The translations under genes and the position numbers were made by a program. A stretch of 64,000 bases of DNA from an uncultured archaeon (GTDB lineage Archaea; Thermoproteota; Bathyarchaeia; Bathyarchaeales; Bathycorpusculaceae): the NCBI GenBank assembly GCA_963810275.1, contig CAWENF010000019.1:32001-96000 (forward strand), given 5' to 3'. Under the pieces are notes generated by a model. The model was not told where the DNA came from and did not search any database. It worked only from the letters and a program-made list of their open reading frames with translations. Below, piece by piece: positions 60,890 through 64,000 of the stretch. Numbering within the stretch: position 1 is the stretch's first letter; each line of letters opens with the position of its first letter.

Positions 60890-61690
60890 CTACTGGGAAG
60901 CCGCCGAGTTTTCAACCCGTTGCAGCAGTGCTTCCATCTCCTTCTTGATGCTATAACGGAAAGGAATCTTGCCGGCTTCCCTTTCCAAATATCCTTCCTC
61001 ATAAAGCTTCTTCATAAGCCGCGCCGTGTGCTCGCGACTAAGCTGTACCCTCTCCTTAATCTCTGGTGCAGTCTTTGAGCCCTCTTTTGAGAGCATCTCC
61101 AATACAACAATCTCCGTCTCCGTCAAAGCGGCTAGTGCTTTATCCCTCTTAATGGGTATAGGCGGCAACGCCATCTCCACCGGTGCAGTCTGCACCTGAA
61201 TCTGCGGCGGGGTCGCGGCTATCTTCTCAATTTTCTCCTCATATTCCGAGATTTTGAATTTGAGAGTTTCCTGAATAACTTCAATTTCTTTGAGTTTAGC
61301 CTCTAATCCCGTTAAGCCAGAAAGCACTGTGGCGTTGTTTTGCGTGTTTTCTACTAGCTTCTCTGTGACGGTCTGTGCCATGTCTTGGTAGGATATGTTT
61401 AGGCTGCTGATTTGGCTGGTTAGGGGTTCTAATTGTTTTTCTATGGATTCATATTTTCGGTAACTCAATTCCGAGGTCGTGAAGGCGCCGTCAACTTTAG
61501 ATGTCATAGAATCAAACTTTGCTGATTCTCGTTTAAGTTCACGGTCAAAACTCAGCACAATATCTTGGATGAAATCTCTAGCTTTGACATATTCTTGGTG
61601 AGCGAGGCGTATTTGCTTGTAGTATTGGTAGGCTGAAACTGCGGTTACAGCTAATAAAATGCTTAAGATTACTGGTGTGAGGTCAACCGT
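60890..61690 (-). CDS. Membrane-anchored coiled-coil protein with C-terminal winged HTH (start uncertain)
   Basis: The frame is open for 44 codons upstream of the listed GTG and encodes VILSILLAVTAVSAY. The middle is heptad-rich; the C-terminus has LTETEIVVL...SREHTARLMKKLYEEGYLER...PFRY. Confidence 0.85.
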   Translation of the reverse strand, partial: TVDLTPVILSILLAVTAVSAYQYYKQIRLAHQEYVKARDFIQDIVLSFDRELKRESAKFDSMTSKVDGAFTTSELSYRKYESIEKQLEPLTSQISSLNISYQDMAQTVTEKLVENTQNNATVLSGLTGLEAKLKEIEVIQETLKFKISEYEEKIEKIAATPPQIQVQTAPVEMALPPIPIKRDKALAALTETEIVVLEMLSKEGSKTAPEIKERVQLSREHTARLMKKLYEEGYLEREAGKIPFRYSIKKEMEALLQRVENSAASQ

Positions 61691-61845
61691 GATGTTCTCC
61701 CCCTGTGATTTTGCCGTGATTTAACCGTGATAACCATGTGATTCGCCGTGATTTCAACAGTTGCATCACACATCACATTATTTTCCATGAAAATATAAGG
61801 TTATCGGTCACTTAATCCAGTAATAACATGACATCACACATCACA
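61689..61845. repeat. Phased GTGAT array plus duplicated CATCACACATCACA
   Basis: GTGAT at 61689, 61705, 61716, 61727, 61738 and 61748; 14-mer at 61764 and 61832. Confidence 0.85.
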
Positions 61846-62002
61846 ATACTTTAACGTTTTATAAGTAGCCTAATATTAATGCTTACAGAAAGCTTGAATT
61901 AGCCTCATTTTGACTTTTAGAGCCTTTAAAAAGACGTAATTTTAGACATAATTTTCATCATAAAAAGAGGAAAAAAAGGATAGAAACCTGTGATTTGTGA
62001 CG

Positions 62003-62482
62003 TCACAAATCCTCTTTTGAGGGGCTAGAAAGCCGTTTTAGGCTTGTTTCGAGCTCATTTCGGATGATTTCTATGACTTTTATATGATCTTTTAGTTCCT
62101 CTTCCTTGCTAGGTACATCCTGGTGAGCCTCCACATATTCGTGCAGTTTATTGGCTATTTCGAGATACGGGTCAAGAGTTGTGGTCTCAAAAACCCCCAA
62201 ATAACCTAGAAGTAGCACTGTATAGATGGATTTAATGACGTTTTCACGGGACTGTTTTAAAGTCCTATTAAAGCTTCCGCGGCTTATTTTAGCCTTAGTT
62301 AGTCGTAAGGCTGCTTTTTCATCGTAATTTAGCTGTTTCCCTGATAAATTCTCCGATAAAACGTCAATAAGGAGTGTTTCTAACTGGGTTTTTGTTAGTT
62401 GGCTATTTTTAGCCAGTATTTGAACAATGGGGTCGTTTAATGCCCCGTTTAACCATGCTGTTACGCCGTCTCTTAGCTTCAA
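62003..62482 (-). CDS. Hypothetical protein with putative HTH
   Basis: GGAGG RBS; LTKTQLETL...ISRGSFNRTLKQSR resembles a sigma-r4/LuxR-type HTH. Confidence 0.8.
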   Translation of the reverse strand: MKLRDGVTAWLNGALNDPIVQILAKNSQLTKTQLETLLIDVLSENLSGKQLNYDEKAALRLTKAKISRGSFNRTLKQSRENVIKSIYTVLLLGYLGVFETTTLDPYLEIANKLHEYVEAHQDVPSKEEELKDHIKVIEIIRNELETSLKRLSSPSKEDL

Positions 62483-62844
62483 AGTGCCTTATTCCTCCAT
62501 ATGCAAAATGGATACAATTTTGTATACACTACTTGGGTTTTTAAATCTTTTCCGAGCGCTAAAACCATCATACCTGCTTTTAAAACACTTGAATTAACGC
62601 TATTCTCACTAAATAAACCTGGTGGTGACCTATTTGTTAGAAAGGAGCATAAATCAGTACAGTTAACATATAAACGGCTATTTCCTTGGTAATTTTTTCA
62701 ACAAAAAACCCTCAACTTTACACAAAAAATGCACTATCGCAAACACTCCAAAAATCTTCACCTGACATTTTTGACATACAAAGCGAAATAACACACACTT
62801 TTCAGCACTAATTTACCATTAAGACACACTTTCAAAGCCCAAAA

Positions 62845-62942
62845 CTCACATGTGACATCGCCAAAAACCCCGTGACCTCACCAAATCACGCCAAAATCAC
62901 CGTGATTTCACCCAAATCACAGCCTTGTGATGCACCTGTGAT
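62845..62942. repeat. Second ATCAC/GTGAT array
   Basis: (A/T)TCAC at 62885, 62896, 62907 and 62916; GTGAT at 62902, 62927 and 62938; GTGAC at 62852 and 62872. Confidence 0.8.
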
Positions 62943-62976
62943 ACCAAAAAAGTAAGCAGAGTTTATATGCAAAAGT

Positions 62977-63810
62977 CTAAATCTGCTCAGAAAGCTCATT
63001 GAGTTTCTCATAGAGTTCAGGCCGAAGATCCCGAATAGTCGGAATAAAAGTCTCCGCAGTTTTCAAATCACCAAAATCCACGTCAGTAACCACAAAATCC
63101 TCAACATCGTACTTAGCTATGGCCAAAACATCACCTGTTGGACCCACAAGACGGCTTCCGCCCCAAAACTGCAAGCCATCTTCCATTCCGCCAAGGTTCA
63201 CATAAGCCAAAAAGGCAGTGTTCTCTATTGCGCGGGCAGCGGTTAAGATTTCGAAGTAGCTTCTGCGTATGGCTGGCGACGCTGAAATGCAGATTAAGAG
63301 TTGAGCCCCCATAAGTCTGGGTAACCTGAAGACTTCTGGAAAGAATACGTCATAACAAATTGTTAAACCAATAGTCCCAAGTGAGGTCTGCAGAGCTGCA
63401 GGTTGGTAGCCGGGTCGGAAGTAGCGTTTCTCCTCGAACACGCTATGAGTTGGCAAATACATTTTGCGGTACTTCCCCACATAGCCTTCTGGGCTGACCA
63501 GCACGGCGGTGTTGTAGATAGTAGCTTGAGTTTTCTCGCTGACCTCAGGCATCCCAAAAACAACGTGCACGCCAGTAGCTTTGCTTAGTGCTTCAATTTT
63601 GTGCACGGAGGGTCCAGGGATCACCTCAGCCAGCTCATAGACTTGGTCGTGGAGAACGTAGCCTGTGAGGGACATCTCTGGGAAAATTGCCAAGTCTGCG
63701 CCCTGCTCTTTTGCCTTCCAAGTGAGTTCTTTGATTTTTTGGAAGTTAGATTGTTTGTCTTCTCTTTTTGGTGTAATTTGGCAGAGGGCGAGCTTGACCT
63801 TGTTTTTCAT
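62977..63810 (-). CDS. Carbon-nitrogen hydrolase (nitrilase family)
   Basis: FPE, YRK and ICYD catalytic triad. Confidence 0.95.
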   Translation of the reverse strand: MKNKVKLALCQITPKREDKQSNFQKIKELTWKAKEQGADLAIFPEMSLTGYVLHDQVYELAEVIPGPSVHKIEALSKATGVHVVFGMPEVSEKTQATIYNTAVLVSPEGYVGKYRKMYLPTHSVFEEKRYFRPGYQPAALQTSLGTIGLTICYDVFFPEVFRLPRLMGAQLLICISASPAIRRSYFEILTAARAIENTAFLAYVNLGGMEDGLQFWGGSRLVGPTGDVLAIAKYDVEDFVVTDVDFGDLKTAETFIPTIRDLRPELYEKLNELSEQI

Positions 63811-63822
63811 TGGTATTTCCTT

Positions 63823-64000
63823 CTAGTAGAAATGTCTGGGTAGTCTAAAATCATTTCCTACCGTTCGGAACCCCAATTTCGGCGCAAGTGGCATGCGGCG
63901 TTTGTGCTCGGTTGAGAGCCAGCGATCTTTGACTTGGCCGACGATTGCTTCTTTGATTTGCAGTTGCTCTGCAATTTCTTTTGGTTCCATGAAGCGTTCC
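63823..64000 (-). CDS. nadE: NAD+ synthetase C-terminus (5'-partial)
   Basis: Read from DNA: ERFMEPKEIAEQLQ...STEHKRRMPLAPKLGFRTVG. The HKR..P motif is typical of the NadE C-terminus. Confidence 0.75.
   Translation of the reverse strand, partial: ERFMEPKEIAEQLQIKEAIVGQVKDRWLSTEHKRRMPLAPKLGFRTVGNDFRLPRHFY

Noticed and set aside
61689-62942. Repeat arrays as a CRISPR or mini-CRISPR
   Set aside because: The units are 5-7 bp with a period of about 11 bp. There are no 24-47 bp repeats with unique spacers, and no cas genes.
63821-63841. ORB-like TTCTAGTAGAAATGTCTGGGT
   Set aside because: It has several mismatches, no clean G-string, is isolated, and overlaps the nadE stop codon.

Overview
This is an archaeal chromosomal window, most consistent with Bathyarchaeia (TACK). 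The evidence is S26e and S3ae together with the PolD small subunit, class I LysRS, CofD, GGTGA/GGAGG ribosome-binding sites and a large PQQ-type beta-propeller surface protein. Most genes are housekeeping: priL-pcn, lysS, rpoK-thermosome, pyrC, alba, serS, eIF5A, nadK, nob1, Sec61beta, ahcY, pyrE and DP1. There are two tRNAs, Arg-GCG and an intron-containing Ser-CGA. The right end holds the probable chromosomal origin: cdc6/orc1, four ORB elements and an AT-rich DUE. The most unusual feature lies directly beside it. Three uncharacterised HTH genes, one predicted to encode a membrane-anchored coiled-coil winged-helix protein, sit among dense and partly helically phased GTGAT/ATCAC and GTGAA/TTCAC arrays. 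I read this as a candidate origin-tethering or segregation (centromere-like) system, which is inference. Other candidates are three structured intergenic RNAs, a shared operator linked to a membrane sensor plus wHTH pair, a YdjG/YdjI-like SPFH operon without pspA, a DPM2-like protein, a radical SAM fusion and possible ACG/ATA start codons. About a dozen single-base frameshifts, some in essential genes, indicate an indel-prone assembly. No CRISPR array, integrase or transposase was seen. Family calls come from motif recognition by eye, not from database searches.
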